Source: Octopus sinensis (Eukaryota). Taken from it: a stretch of DNA of 64,000 nt. The DNA lies in assembly GCF_006345805.1 (NCBI RefSeq), contig NC_042999.1, positions 95,418,001 to 95,482,000 of the forward strand, read 5' to 3'. This document shows, piece by piece, positions 24,664 through 38,000 of this stretch. Numbering within the stretch: the first letter of the stretch is position 1; each line of letters begins with the position of its first letter. The notes below the pieces were generated by a model, which was given only the letters and a program-made list of their open reading frames with translations, was not told the DNA's origin and did no database searches. The translations under genes and the position numbers were made by a program.

Positions 24664-27519
24664 TATATATAAGTATATCAAAACACACACAGTTTTACAA
24701 AAGTACATTTATAAACATGCATGATTTCCACTTGCACCAATGCAATTATCTTTTGTTGAATACTATTTTGAGGCTCTGTTCTTGAGATAGGTGCATGACA
24801 TTGTTTTACTTATTATTTTCTGTATGCATTTATCTTAATGAAGATTTTCCTCAAAATGTTTTGTGTACAGATTAGCGTCATAATCAGTGCATAACTCTCG
24901 CAATGAACCTCTTTTAATAAATGATTAAGTGTATTAGAATGTATTAGAAATATAAAGTAATTGGAATTAGAAATATGCAACCAGAAGATATTTTAATTTT
25001 ACTAAAGGTTATATTCTCAGTTTTATATGCATGCTAGACTACCCGTGACCCATTGGTTCGCTTACAGTTCAAGTTATAAAACATTGAAGCTGATTTCAAC
25101 ATTGCTTTGAAATGAAAGTTAATTTTATGATGATTCAGTTAAATATTTCTATTCATTTGTGTCATCATAGGTCTATTTTACAAGTTGATGTTTAAGGTTT
25201 TATTGATTATTTACAGCATCTAATAGAAATTGAACTTCCAGGATAAACTTGAACTCCAGTAACAGCATTTATTTATGACATATATGTGCACTTCTACAAA
25301 AATGCAAAAGGAATTATTATATAATGTAAACATTAAATTAATGAAAACAATTTTCACAGTATTATATATTCCCATTTCAGGGTGATGCTACTTTCAGTGT
25401 ATTTTCCTATTATGCACTGTTTTGGCTATTTATGAAGGTTTTCCCCAAAAAACATGTATCTCTGGAATTTATGGTGCAGTTTACGTGAAACTTGTTTTAT
25501 TCCATTTGTATTCACATTTCAGGGGTTCCTTACTTTTGGAGTATTTTCTCATTATGTGCTGGTTTGGCTGTATTAGATTACAAACAAGCAAGCACACAAG
25601 AAAGTAAGCAATCATAGAGTTTTATACCCATTCTCAGTTTTATATCCATAACCAACTGTTGGTACTTGTATTATGTGGTTGTAGAGTTTTCTTTATAACT
25701 TTTATATTGTCTAGTTGAAAAGCCGGTTAGTATTTTAGTGTAAACATAAAGAGACAATCATAAAGGCGGGTAAAAAATTTTAGCTACCATAATATTATAA
25801 AGTATGTAAATGTGATAGACACTTTATATGAGAACCGTACAATACTGCATAATTGCTATTAACACATTTTCTTATTAGAATGCAAAATCACAAACTTATA
25901 GACATTTAACATTGTTATGAAATATCATTTTCAGTTATCACAACACATCATGGCTCAACACAGTTTTACAAATCAAATACATTTTATTCTCTGAAATATT
26001 GATTTATGTATACCATTTTTACAAAGATTCCAGAAATCAAGTAAGGCAATTGTAGCTTACTAGAAACATAATTTATGTATGAAATAAACTACATAGAAAC
26101 ATCTGGTATGGATATTTTTTAATACAAAAAAGTATTTTAGAAGAGATGTCGTTAGCAATCAATATGCAATTTTAGTCTTTTATTTGTATCATTTTGTGTT
26201 TGATCTTGCTTCAGTTTAGTTTGGAAAATCAATGCAACAACAATTATAAATAACATAATGTTGACTGCTATACAGACACCACAATACGTGTCCTCTGAGG
26301 ATTGCCTGTTTAGATTGTTTAATACACATTTAAATGAACACTATATTCTACAATGATTTCTATGTCATAAAGGATAAATACAGCATAACCTCATTTATTT
26401 ACATAGACATATCTATTTTGCAAGTCTACAAAACTTGAGGAAGTGAGGTGTCTTTATACTAGGAAATGAGGGTTAAGTGGGTGGGACAGAGCAGGTTCTT
26501 GTTGAGAAGCTACACAGCTACTTACATTTCAGGGAAAGAGTGAGAATGAATCAGTAGTAACTGCAAAGACATAAATAGTGGTGATGAGATGTCCAGGTGG
26601 CACCTCAAGGTGCAAAGTGGGGTAGAAGTGAGTGAGCACAGAAGCTAGGAGTGTATGTGATTGGATGTTTGCAAGAGATAGAGCTAGCAAATGGGAGAGA
26701 GGATATTGGCAACATCTGCAAAAAATAGGTAAGGTTGAAAGGTGGATGCGAGAATGGTTGATACAAGGGTAGGAGATGGCCAGTGGTGCATGAGTTGGAG
26801 AAAGTTGAGGGATGCAACAAGTAAGCAGCAAGAGGATAGTATTAGTGATGCATTCAACAGTAGAAGAACAAGAGAGAGTTAACATATATTTGAGTAGGCT
26901 GCATGAGATGTGAAAAAGACAAACAGACATGCATAGTACATGAGAAGAAATAATTGGTGGCCCATTGAGGGTAGAGGAGGAGCAGTGACCAATGTAACAT
27001 ATGGGTAAAGAAAAAAGTATTAATGGATGAATAATGCCTAACAAGTGAAAAATGGTTGAGAAGGGAAAGTATTATTAGGAAACAGAAGGGAACTGCAGTG
27101 GGAAAATTGTGATGGTGGTGAGGTGTGAAGTGGAGATTGATTAGAGAAATACCCATTTGTTTTGCGTGCATGCACACACATAGACACATGTAAAATCAAT
27201 AAAAAGAGTACAGTGAAATTGCTGTGAAGAGTGGAGAATCCAGTGCTCTTGTTCTGGGAAGATGTGAAAGATGAAAAATAAATTAATTATAGCAGAGTTT
27301 TACATTCTCTAAGATAAAAGAAAATCTGGTTGCTTTCTCTCATTTATTTCTCACCTTTCAAATTTTCCACGATGAAGGACACTGCCTGAAATGTCAGATT
27401 TTTCACTCCTCACAGCAAGTTCACTGTACTCTTTTATCAATTTCATTACTTTACATAATGCAGACCAAAACAAGCTTTTTTGTAGTCTGTTTAGTCATTT
27501 ATGCATAGACACAGACTTT

Positions 27520-29475
27520 CAGAAGTCAGTTTCGTCATAATGATGGGTCTTTTCAAGAACCACATATCACCAGACTTCTCAGTCCTTTGCCATCTCTTCT
27601 GTGAAACTCAAGTTCCCAATGTCAGCCTTCACCACTTTGTCCTATGTTTTCTTAGGTCTCTGTCATCCACAAGCTCCAGCCATGTTTAGTGAATGGTATT
27701 TCTTTATACAGCTGTGCCCATCCATATGCATCACATGTGCAGTCTTCTTTCTTGCACACTACATTTGATCCCTCTTATGCCCAGTTTTTTACATTTCACA
27801 TCTAGTGGAGCATGCTCACTTCATTTCTTGTCCTCACTGCTAGATATTATTGCAGATCCAACACAAGCATCATAAATCTGCCTTTCACTCCGTGGAAAAA
27901 GATCTTTGTTGCTAGCAGCAGTAGTAGTTCTCTGAAATTCTTCAACCTGTTCTTACTCTGGCTACTATACTTTTAGAGTGACCACTTCTTTACTGACAGC
28001 ATGTCCTAGGTAGCAAATGCTGTCAACTACTTTTAGTGAGCCATTCAGGCATTCAAATAAGTATTTTTCTGGTATGTTCATACAATGTACTGCACAAGTG
28101 CATCTATCACATGAAATCTGAGTTCTCTGCTAGTCTTGCTGTGATTCCATTTCATCTCTTGTGTGTTCATAATATACACTGAATACAACATATCAAGTTT
28201 ATACCTCCTGTTTTTCTGCATAGGCTATTTCCTTGAAGATATCAGAGTTCTGTCTCCTTTATTACTTACTAAGGCCTTTGTCTTGGCTAAATTTACCTTT
28301 AGACCTCTGGATTTTTGGTTTAGCTTCCATGTCTGGACTTTCCTCTATCATTCCCCCAATAGATTCAGTTACGAAGACTAGATCTTCAATATATTGGAGT
28401 TTTCATAGACAATCTTTAAATCCTTTGTGATGGCAAGTAGGACTATGATGAGTCTGAGGAGATTGAGAACTGAACCTTGAACCACATGCTTAATTCCCTA
28501 AAGTCACTGTTGACTCTCAATTTACTGCATCCTTGTACATGGCTTTCACAACTCTCACAAGCCATTTCCTTATTGGCCACCAGATTACTATATGTGGTAC
28601 CATGTCAAAAGCATTCTTCAGGTCAATAATGGCCAAGAATAATGGTTTACACTTAGCCGAGAATTTCTTCTGCAGGTACTTCATTAGAAAGATTACATAT
28701 GTGGTACCTCTCTCAGATACAGAACCAAACTGAATCTCATATTGGCCTATCCTGTCACAAATCAATTGTTATGACTCTCTTTCTTTGACTACATAACCTG
28801 TTCTAGTAATTTGATTCTCTATAATTGCTTCTCTCTCAGGTATTTCCTTTGTCTTTGTAGTGGTTTACAATGATACTGCTATGCCAGTCAGTGAGTGTAA
28901 GTCCTTGTATAAGTTGATTTACAGGTGGTTATGCTGTAGCCTACCTCACCAGATATTTTGAGCATCTCTGCAACTTTCCCTGATGGACCTGCAGCTTTCC
29001 TGCTCTTCATGTCTTTGGTGGCTTTATCTACCATACTGCTGTCAACTTGAATTGTTGTTCCCTCTGTAGGGTCAGAAAAGGTAGCTGCTCTTTATCCCAT
29101 GCATACTCTGCATGCAACAGCCTCTCATAATAACACTTTCCATATCAATAGCTAGTATGATCTCAACATTCCAGATACATTTCTCACAAGGATATCTCAC
29201 ACATTTTCTTGTGATCCTGAAAACCTATGCCTCTGATCCTCATGTTGCAAGACATGCAAATCTTTTCTTCTCTGCCTCATCTTTTACCAAATATACCTGT
29301 TGCCTTGCTGCTCTTCTTGTCACTTGGTAATGCTTCCTTATTACTACCTTCCTTCCAGGTTTTCCATGCCTGTCTTAACTTTTATTGCCCTATCAACCAT
29401 ATTACTCTTTCACCACTATACTTTTGGCTTAGTCACAACTTTGCTCCTGGCACATATTTGCTCTGGCCTTGAGTA
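27520..29475 (-). mobile_element. Old, heavily decayed RTE LINE
   Basis: Minus strand: QFGSVSERGTTYVIFLMKYLQKKF..PLFLAIIDLKNAFDMVP..WW..VKAMYKDA, collinear with the younger RTE copies. Confidence 0.85.
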
Positions 29476-29559
29476 AGTTATTTCATTGTAATTTTGGGTT
29501 TTCATTTACACTACAAGTATCTAAATGTACCCCCTACTGGCAGGAGTTAGAATTTCTCT

Positions 29560-29751
29560 AAACTCTTAGCATTCAGAATACTCTGTCAAATGTAATGCTT
29601 ATTTATTCACATTGTTTTGAATTAATCATGCAATATCTTGCAGCTATAAGGTTCTGATGATGTGATCATTTAGTTTTGTAATGACATTTTAGGCTATGTG
29701 TGAGAGGCCAAATCTAGTTAGTTTGAACATAGAACAGGTAGAATATTTGGG
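29560..29751 (-). mobile_element. piggyBac-derived MITE (truncated)
   Basis: ctcttagcattcag..gtcaaatgtaatgctta..ttcacatt matches the right end of the piggyBac at 59650-59718. The remainder resembles its left end (55558-55710). Confidence 0.7.
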
Positions 29752-29759
29752 TATGTATG

Positions 29760-29800
<41 letters not shown>

Positions 29801-30929
29801 TTGGAAATGGATGTGTGGCGTTCAATTAAATAATATATATATATGTATATATGGATGCGTATATGAGTATAGGACACACTAATTGTGTAAACAACATGAA
29901 GTACACAAACAAGCGAGTTAAATACACAAACAACGAGAAAAAAATGGAAAACTGGGCAAGTAACACAAATAACAACCCTTCATCAGTTGTCAGCTGTCTA
30001 TCTACTCCTCATTTTGAGCATTCAATGACAACATGAATCTTCGAAGACAGCTGCTCCCATAAATTCTAGAATAAAATTTTGAATTTATGGAGGATCAAAA
30101 TTAGGAACAAAAACAGGACAGTGGGGACATACAAGGAAACCGAATAAAAACAAACATGGAGGGTCATTAGACCTGAATGAGAGGAAAATAGTGAATGCTG
30201 GAAGAAATATTTTCTTTGAAAAAAGAAAAGACAGCAAAGAGAGATAGAAGACATCCAGTCCTTAGAGCATCATGCAAGGACTAGATGTCTTCTGTCTCTC
30301 TCTGCTATCTTTTCTCTTGTTTGCATATTTAACCTGTTTTTTTTTTTGTGCTTCATGTTGTTTGCACAGTTGGTGACATTCTGTATCCACATATGCATAT
30401 ATATATATTTCTCTATCCTTTCTCATTTTCCCACTCTCTTACTCTTCCTTTCTCTCGGACTTTCCCTTGCTTTCTCTTACCCTTTATCTTTCTCTATCTG
30501 TCTCTGCCATTTATAAAAAAAATGGATTTCCACGTTTAAATTACAAATCTGCTTCCACTTTACCAGGTTCAAAATTTGATTGAAATCAAGCAAAAGGTGT
30601 CCAATCTAGACCACCAAGTGTCCCCTAAAATCAATAAAATCCCAGTTTTCACACCAAAGCAACCACTGTAGCACCACAAAACGTCTCCCAATCAATTTCC
30701 CCTCTCAAGTTACCCTCTCCTGTAAATTTGAATCCCCTTCCAGTCCCATTTAGACCCCTTTTTACATAAAAATCCAATTTGTATCAATGTTCGCCTTCTT
30801 CATTTTATAGATAGGATTAGATGCCAATCACACCAATCTGGAGGGGCTTAGAGCCCCTTGAATCTTCTCACCATAGCAACCGCATCTTTCCAGATGGTGA
30901 GTTTTAACCTACTCAACTCTGCCTCATCA

Positions 30930-31262
30930 CAAAATTTTTTCTCTAGTTGTGATAGTGATTCAGCTATAAAAACAAAGTTATCAGCATAAAGGAGCTCCCA
31001 AAGGTAACCCTTTTTAAATTCCTCTGTTATGGCCTGGAGGACTATTGTGAACAAGAGGGAGCTGAGAACTGATCCTTGGTGAACTCCTACTTGTACACTG
31101 AATTCATTACTATACTTGTTGTTGACTTTCACCTTATTGATAGCATCCCTGTACATGACTTGTACAGCTATCACCAACCGTTCATCTATCCCTATTTCCA
31201 CACTGAGCACCAGATAAGGGAGCAGGGAACCCTATTAAAGGCTTTTTGTGTGTCAACGAAAG
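30930..31262 (-). mobile_element. RTE RT fragment
   Basis: GIDERLV..MYRDA..VGVHQGSVLSSLLF..WELLYADNFV. Confidence 0.9.
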
Positions 31263-31379
31263 CCATACACACGCACACACACACTGAGGTTTATATATAT
31301 TTATATAAATAAACTTCTTTGTGTGTGTGTATAGTTTGATTTATGAAAGATGTAAGATATGAAGATATTTTGTTTATTA

Positions 31380-31485
31380 ATCACTACAATTGTTTCAACC
31401 CATCTAGCATCGATCCTTCATGGGTTAGAAACTTAACAATTGGTTTAAGAATATCCATTAGTGTAGGTGTGTCTCTTCAGGTGAT
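31380..31485 (-). ncRNA. Type I hammerhead ribozyme motif (Penelope-type, long stem II)
   Basis: ATCAC-CTGAAGA-GAC..GTT-GAAA-CAATTG-TA-GTGAT: 5-bp stem I, intact core, palindromic stem III, GUA triplet. Confidence 0.75.
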
Positions 31486-31899
31486 ATTAAGAGGATGTAT
31501 CTTGTTAAAATAACAACTGTTCCACAAGGTATATTCTCAGCTTGTGTATAGAAATGCAGCAAATTAAGGGATACAACTTCATTTTTATAGAAGATCAATA
31601 ATAAATAACAAATGCAAAAAGAAATGAATACACAATACAGCAAAAAAGGTATTAAATATAACTGTCAACAGATATGGATGTATAAACACCTTCATTTAGG
31701 TTGTATGGCACACATACACTTGCTTGTACAAACATCCACATATAAGCATGCATACATGGCTTGGTGCGCATATGCTCACACAGCAAATTAAATAGCTACT
31801 TAATGTTTATAAGAATGGAGAGGTTAGAGTTAAACCTAATTCATCCATATAGGTAAATTATGGTTATTAATTTGGCTAACAGTTACTCAAATTTATTCT

Positions 31900-32330
31900 C
31901 ACTGCATTATGCAAAAGTGCATTTATAAGCATGTAAGCATTTTGAAAGTCTTTCAGAAATTCTATTAATGATCATCTTATTGATCCACAAAATAGACAGG
32001 GATTCCTTAGAGCTGAGTTTGCATCTCCTGGAATGGATATTATATGGTTGTGCATTCCTTATGAACTAAGTTAGATCATATTTAACTTATCTTCCATAAG
32101 TTGCCACACAAAATCAGCCAAAGATGTTGAATGCCTCTTGTTGATTTTCTTGACACTGGCGACATGTTTGCAATAACGATACTTGAATGAATCAGCCATT
32201 GCCTTAATGTAAACGCAATGTAAACATATGGTCCTCCCCTTGTGTGTACGGTACATTTATATACAAGATTTGTACTCCTACAGAGGTTCATCAATGAGCA
32301 TTTTGATTTTTCTTTGCATGGGCATTTTTA
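31900..32330 (-). mobile_element. Penelope-like GIY-YIG endonuclease relic
   Basis: CRSTNLVYKCTV..YIKAMADSFKYRYCKH..HSTSLADFVWQL..PCLFC on the minus strand, upstream of the hammerhead on the same strand. Confidence 0.8.
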
Positions 32331-32340
32331 GATTTAGTTG

Positions 32341-32600
32341 TACGAGGTCTGATCAATAAGTATTCAGGCTGTTGTCATAGTAATGAAGCTAAAGCACACA
32401 GAGTAAAGCTGCTTGGCACAGATTGACTTTGAACTCTGCTGTGCATGAGCACTAAGTTTTAACATTCTAGCTCACTTCTGCTGTTTACAGCAGTGCTTGG
32501 AAGGAACGTGTGTAGTGTGTAATTGTTGAATTGAGCCTGACTGAGCAAGTTGTCATGGCAATACCTGCTCAGAAGCTTACGCAAAGTTACAGAAAGTATA
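32341..32600 (+). mobile_element. Mariner 5' end relic
   Basis: TA|CGAGGTCTGATCAATAAGTAT TIR similar to the element at 8617. Downstream ..KLTQSY-KVYGEEC resembles a mariner N-terminus. Confidence 0.6.
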
Positions 32601-32616
32601 TGGAGAGGAGTGTATG

Positions 32617-32745
32617 AACCACCACATGGTTCTGGGTTCAGTCCCACTGTGTGGCACCTTAGGTAAGTGTCTTCTACTATAGCCTCGGGCCGACCAAAGC
32701 CTTGTGAGTGAATTTGGTAGATGGAAACTGAAAGAAGCAGGTTGT
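32617..32745 (+). mobile_element. tRNA-derived SINE (family of 48076 and 57525), partial
   Basis: accacatggttctgggttcagtcccact..gtcttctactatagcctcgggccgaccaaagccttgtgag..gaaactgaaagaagc. Confidence 0.85.
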
Positions 32746-32766
32746 ATATATATATATATATATATA

Positions 32767-34685
32767 TCATCATCATCATCGTTTAACGTCTGTTCTCCAT
32801 GCTAGCATGGGTTGGACGGTTCGACCGGGGATCTGGGAAGCCAGAAGGCTGCACCAGGCTCCAGTCTTATCTGGCAATCTTTCTACAGCTGGATGCCCTT
32901 CCTAATGCCAACCACTCCGTGAGTGTAGTGGGTGCTTTTTACATGCCACCTGCACAGGTGCCAGGTGAGGCTGGCAACGGCCATGGTCGGATTGGTGTAT
33001 TTTATGTGCCACCGGCACGGAAGCCAGTCGAGGCGGCGCTGGCATCGGCCACGAGTCGGATAGTGCTTTTTACGTACCACCAGACCAGGAATCCTGGCTG
33101 GTTCAATTTGATTTCGATTTCGCTTGCCCCAACATGTCTTCGCAAGCAAAGGGGGTTGGCATGGGTGCCTGTTGTCGGATGAGGTTCTATATCGACTTCA
33201 CTTGCCTCAACAGGTCTTTGTGTCGAAGGGAGGAAAGGCATGCATAAGTGGGCTGGGCTCACTTGTCCTGCCTGGTCTTCTCACGTACAGCATATTTCCA
33301 AAGGTCTCGGTCGCTGGTCATTTCCTCAGTGAGGCCTAAAGTTCGAAGGTCGTGCTTCACCACCTCGTCCCAGGTTTTCCTGGGTCTACTTTTTCCACGG
33401 GTTCCCTCAACTGCTAGGAATTGGCACTTTCTCACACACCTATCTTCATCCATTCTCGCCACATGACCATACCAGCGCAATCGTCTCTCTTGCACACCAC
33501 AACTGATGCTTCTTAGGTACAACATTTCTCTTAAGGTACTAACGCTCTGTCGAGTATGTACACTGACATTACACATCCATCGGAGCATACTGGCTTCATT
33601 TCTCACGAGCTTATGCATGTCCTCAGCAGTCACGGCCCATGTTTCACTGCCATGTAGCATGGCTGTTCGTACACATGCATCATACAGTCTGCCTTTTACT
33701 CTGAGCGAGAGGCCTTTAGTCACCAGCAGAGGTAAGATCTCCCTAAACTTTGCCCAGGCTATCCTTATTCTAGCAGTTACGCTTTCAGCTCACCCACCCC
33801 AACTACTGACTTGGTCACCTAGATAACGGAAGCTATCAACTACTTCTAGTTTCTCCCCCTGGAAAGTGACGGAAGTTGTTTTCTGCAGATTTTTGGAGGT
33901 TAATGCTCCCGAGCATCTGCCACATACAAAAACTATCTTCCCAGTTAGCCTACCTTTGACATTGCTGCACCTCTTATGTGTCCATAGCTTACACTGTGTA
34001 CATCTTATAGAGTTTCTACCTACACCTTTTCTACAGATCGAGCAGGGCCATCTTCCTGAAGACATTTGTGGATTGTCTACCTTCCTACTTATTAGTACTT
34101 TGGTTTTAGCTAGGTTGACTCTAAGGCCCCTCGATTCTAAACCCTCCTTCCACACCTGGAACCTCTCTTCCAGTTCTGATAGTGACTCAGCAATTTGAGC
34201 AAGGTCGTCAGCATAGAGGAGCTCCCAGGGGCAACCTGTCTTGAATTCCTCCGTAATTGCCTGGAGGACTATGATAAATAGGAGGGGGCTGAGTACTGAA
34301 CCCTGGTGGACCCCAACCTCTACTTTGAATTCTTCTGTGTACATGTTGCCAACCCTAACCTTACTTACGGCATCTCTGTACATGGCTTGCACAGCCCTCA
34401 CCAGCCATTCATCTATCCCTAGTTTCCTCATTGACCACCAGATAAGGGATCGGGGGACCCTATCAAAGCTTTCTTCATGTCAACGAAAGCCAGGTACAGG
34501 GGCTTATCTTTGGCTAGGTATTTCTCCTGCAGCTGCCTTACCAGGAATATAGCATCAGTGGTACTTTTCCCTGGCACGAACCCAAACTGCATCTCATCTA
34601 AACTAACTCTCTCTCTAATTAGTTGGGCTATGACCCTCTCCGTAACCTTCATTACCTGATCCAACAGCTTGATACCTCTGTAATT
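32767..34685 (-). mobile_element. 5'-truncated, well-preserved RTE LINE (RT region with one frameshift and one premature stop)
   Basis: ORFs 34428-34685, 33790-34431 and 33259-33723 join into NYRGIKLL..GVHQGSVLSP..LLYADDL..WPCSICRK..YLG..RPRKTWDE. Complete 3' UTR and (GAT)n tail; (TA)n on both flanks. Confidence 0.95.
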
Positions 34686-34719
34686 ATATATATATATATA
34701 GGTGCATGTCATAGTGTTT

Positions 34720-35035
34720 ATGGTATTCCCTAGTGGCTTGGGTATTTGGATCATGATCTTAAGGTCGCAAGTTCAATTCTCAGCAGTGTGTTGCATCTTT
34801 GAGAAAGACACTTTATTTCACATTGCACCAGTTCACTCAGCTGGCAAAATTCAGTAGTACTTGTATTTCAAAGGGCCAGACTTGTCTCATTCTGTATCAT
34901 GCTGAATCTCTCTGAGAACTATGTTAAGGGTATGCATGTCTGTGGAGTGTTCAGCTACTTGCACGTTAATTTCGTGAACTGACTTTTCCACTGATTGGGT
35001 CAACTGGAACCCTTGTCGTCATAAGCAATGGAAGG
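34720..35035 (+). mobile_element. Old tRNA-derived SINE
   Basis: Decayed A/B boxes (tagtgg..agttcaattc) followed by the core ctttgagaaagacacttta..cactcagctggcaaaa. Confidence 0.6.
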
Positions 35036-38000
35036 CCATTTACATAGACACACATATTTGCGTTAGTGTGTGCATATGTGTGTGTGGCATAGTGCTTCTG
35101 GAATTCTGAGCTGCAAATGGCTAAACCATCTGCAATACAAAGACCACAATGCTGTCCAGCCATACACATGATCATTTATCAAGAGATTAATCCGCAAGCC
35201 AGAAAACGTGATAGGGAGATGACTACAAAGGCTCATTCCTTCTTTTGTGAAGAATGTATCAACCCAACATGATGTACTAGCCACCCCCCCACCACCACAG
35301 ATCATTAATTATTAACATCAATCAATGCTTTACCTACAGTGATTTCTACAACTATCCATTATTTGTGTTCTGTCTTATCAACAAACATTACTACCATTAG
35401 TGTCTCCCTCTCTCACATTTCACTCTGCCATTATTGTCTCTCTCTCATTACACTCTACCATTACTAACGTTCATTATCTCTTCTAACACAGTTCCCTCCA
35501 GTGTTACCTTCTCCACTCAGATCAGTCTATTTCCTTTCTCTCCCTTTTTCAATAACTACAATTATCTCCTCCTCTACCTGCTCTATTTCTTATATTGCCT
35601 GAATGAACAGGGACAACATTGCGTTGAGAGGACTCTTGTCAAGGATATGACAACCTCTTTAACACTGCATGATAAAATGCATCTCATATAATATGTAAAG
35701 TGATGGAAGGGGCATCTAGTCAAAGAAACTATGCAAAAATAAAATATACAAGTAAAACTTAGTCTCCCAACCTGTCTAAGTGGGTAATAACTCTAAGTAA
35801 GAACTGACCCAAATACTAACAATCCATACGATCCATACCAGCATGGAAATCAGATGTAAAACAGTGGTAGTGGTAGTGGTGGTGGTGACATCGGTGGCAG
35901 CAGCAACAGTGGCTCTGATGGTGGAAGTTATGCATGCATGCATGTATGTATGTATGTATGTATGTATGTATGTATGTATGTATGTATGTATGCATGCATG
36001 CATGCATGTATGTTTGTGTGTGTTGTGTCTGTGTTTGTGTGAGCATATGTATCTACATTTATACTAAAAATATTATTCTTAGAAATGAAATGGGTTAAGT
36101 ATTATTACCCACTGATGTTAAAGACTAAAGAACATTCTAAAAAGGACTGACAATTTTTGTGAATAAATTTAAAATTTAGCCATACTGTAATTTAAAAACA
36201 ATATATTTTGAATATTTAATGTAATCTTGTGTTTAAGATCTTTAATTTAATTCCAATTTACTTTAGAACAACATATGAGGATAAAATAGATTTGAAACCA
36301 TAAATTAAATCAAAAGTCATTTGTTTTACACATCACTTCTCGAAATCATGTTAGAAATGGGTTTGAATTCTTTCTGGACTATTATATTACATTTGCTATT
36401 TAACAGGTCTATTAATGTGTTTTTTTTTTTACTTATCTTAATTGAAAATAAGCAGTGTTCCTATCATTGTATAGACAATGTGAAGAATAGCATCTAGATT
36501 TAAAAATCATACCACACACTTGTATATGCTTTAAAAATTGTTTATTAAATCTTGTATGAAAAGAAAATTTTAATTTAAATGAATAAATTCTTTATCTTTT
36601 TTTTAGTTTTTGTCAATATTATTGAGTATATGTTTTCCATTGTAGGACACATTAAAATTTCCAAAGTAACTATTGTGATAAGCTCAAAATAAATATTCTT
36701 TTCTAATTTTACTGATTTTGATGGGTTATAATGAATTGAATGGAATAAATCCTTCACTTGTGATAACATTAAATTATCCATTGAATATAACCCTCATTAA
36801 CATTGAATTGGTTAGTAAAATTATTTACTGTCAAACTGAAAAGTAAATAATCATCTTAATTTGTACTATTTAAAATACTGAGTCAATTGACACAAATTAT
36901 TGACTGCCTATAAGAATCTTTAAAGTTATTAGGTTAACCAAGTAGTGGTCTAGTGACCGTATTTCAGTAATGTTATAGTTTTGCAAATGCAATAACATTT
37001 TCAGATTATAAGAATAGTTTTAAGTGTTTCTATAAAATATATATAAATAACTGATGTAGATTATATTATAAAAATCACCTTTCTGGTGGAGCAATAACAG
37101 GTAATGCAATAAAAAGAAAATGAGAAAAAAATAGTTATAACTGTGTTGCAAAATAAAGGCATATAAAAGAAATTTTACCATATACTATGTTATGCAAGTT
37201 CTATACTAAGAATCTGAAACACTATAGTTTAATTTTTGAATTCTCTTTTCCTTTTTAAATTCTTTTCTAATTTTAGAGTTAGTAGTAGTAATTTGTGATT
37301 GCTCATATTTTCCAACTATTCAGTTCATATCAAAGGTAATTGACTTAACACAAATTAAAGCCAGGAAGCCACCATAATTTATAATTTTAATTGATCTCTT
37401 TTGGTACTTGCAATCTACTGTTTCAAACACTGTTAATTATACTCTCATTTTTAAATCAAAATATTCAGTGTTATTAGCTTAAATCTGTTACTTAGAGCAA
37501 AGGTACTTTGATGCCCATCAGTTTTATGGCAAATGACCTGCAACAGAAGGGATTATTTCTGTTATTTTAACATAGTGAAAATTGAATTTAGGATAAACAT
37601 GAAAGTGATTCTGCATAAAGCACACTTGACAATTGTTATGTTCACCATGTAAGTCTTCTGAATGAAATTACACAAGGTGAAGATAGAATAGATGATTTAT
37701 GTTCATGGAACAAAATTAGAAAAACTTATGCTATTACCAGTCACAAATACATATAACTATAGCTTGTGAATAAGTCCTTTGTTAACAGCTATGTTTTCTT
37801 TCCATCTTTTCTCTGAAGATTCTACTAGCTTCTTATTTATCAAACTTTTCAATCCCATTCTTATCTGTTGAAAACTATTTGCTGCACTCCTGGCTTTATC
37901 TGCTTCTTTCATATTATATTTCTCCCCAAATATTTTATACTTAATTATTTTAGACAGTTCTTCAGCCTTAATAGTCACTCACTAACTGCCAAGATTCAAG

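Noticed and set aside
25374-25575. Two similar catttcagg.. segments resembling duplicated exons
   Set aside because: Old diverged ~140-bp tandem duplication; the second copy hits a stop and the donors are unconvincing.
26285-26345. CTGAGGA possible hammerhead
   Set aside because: No downstream GAAA, stem III or stem I partner found.
37757-37978. 73-codon Lys-rich minus-strand ORF
   Set aside because: GTG start, in-frame stops right after the nearest good acceptor, and no recognisable domain; unsupported without a search.
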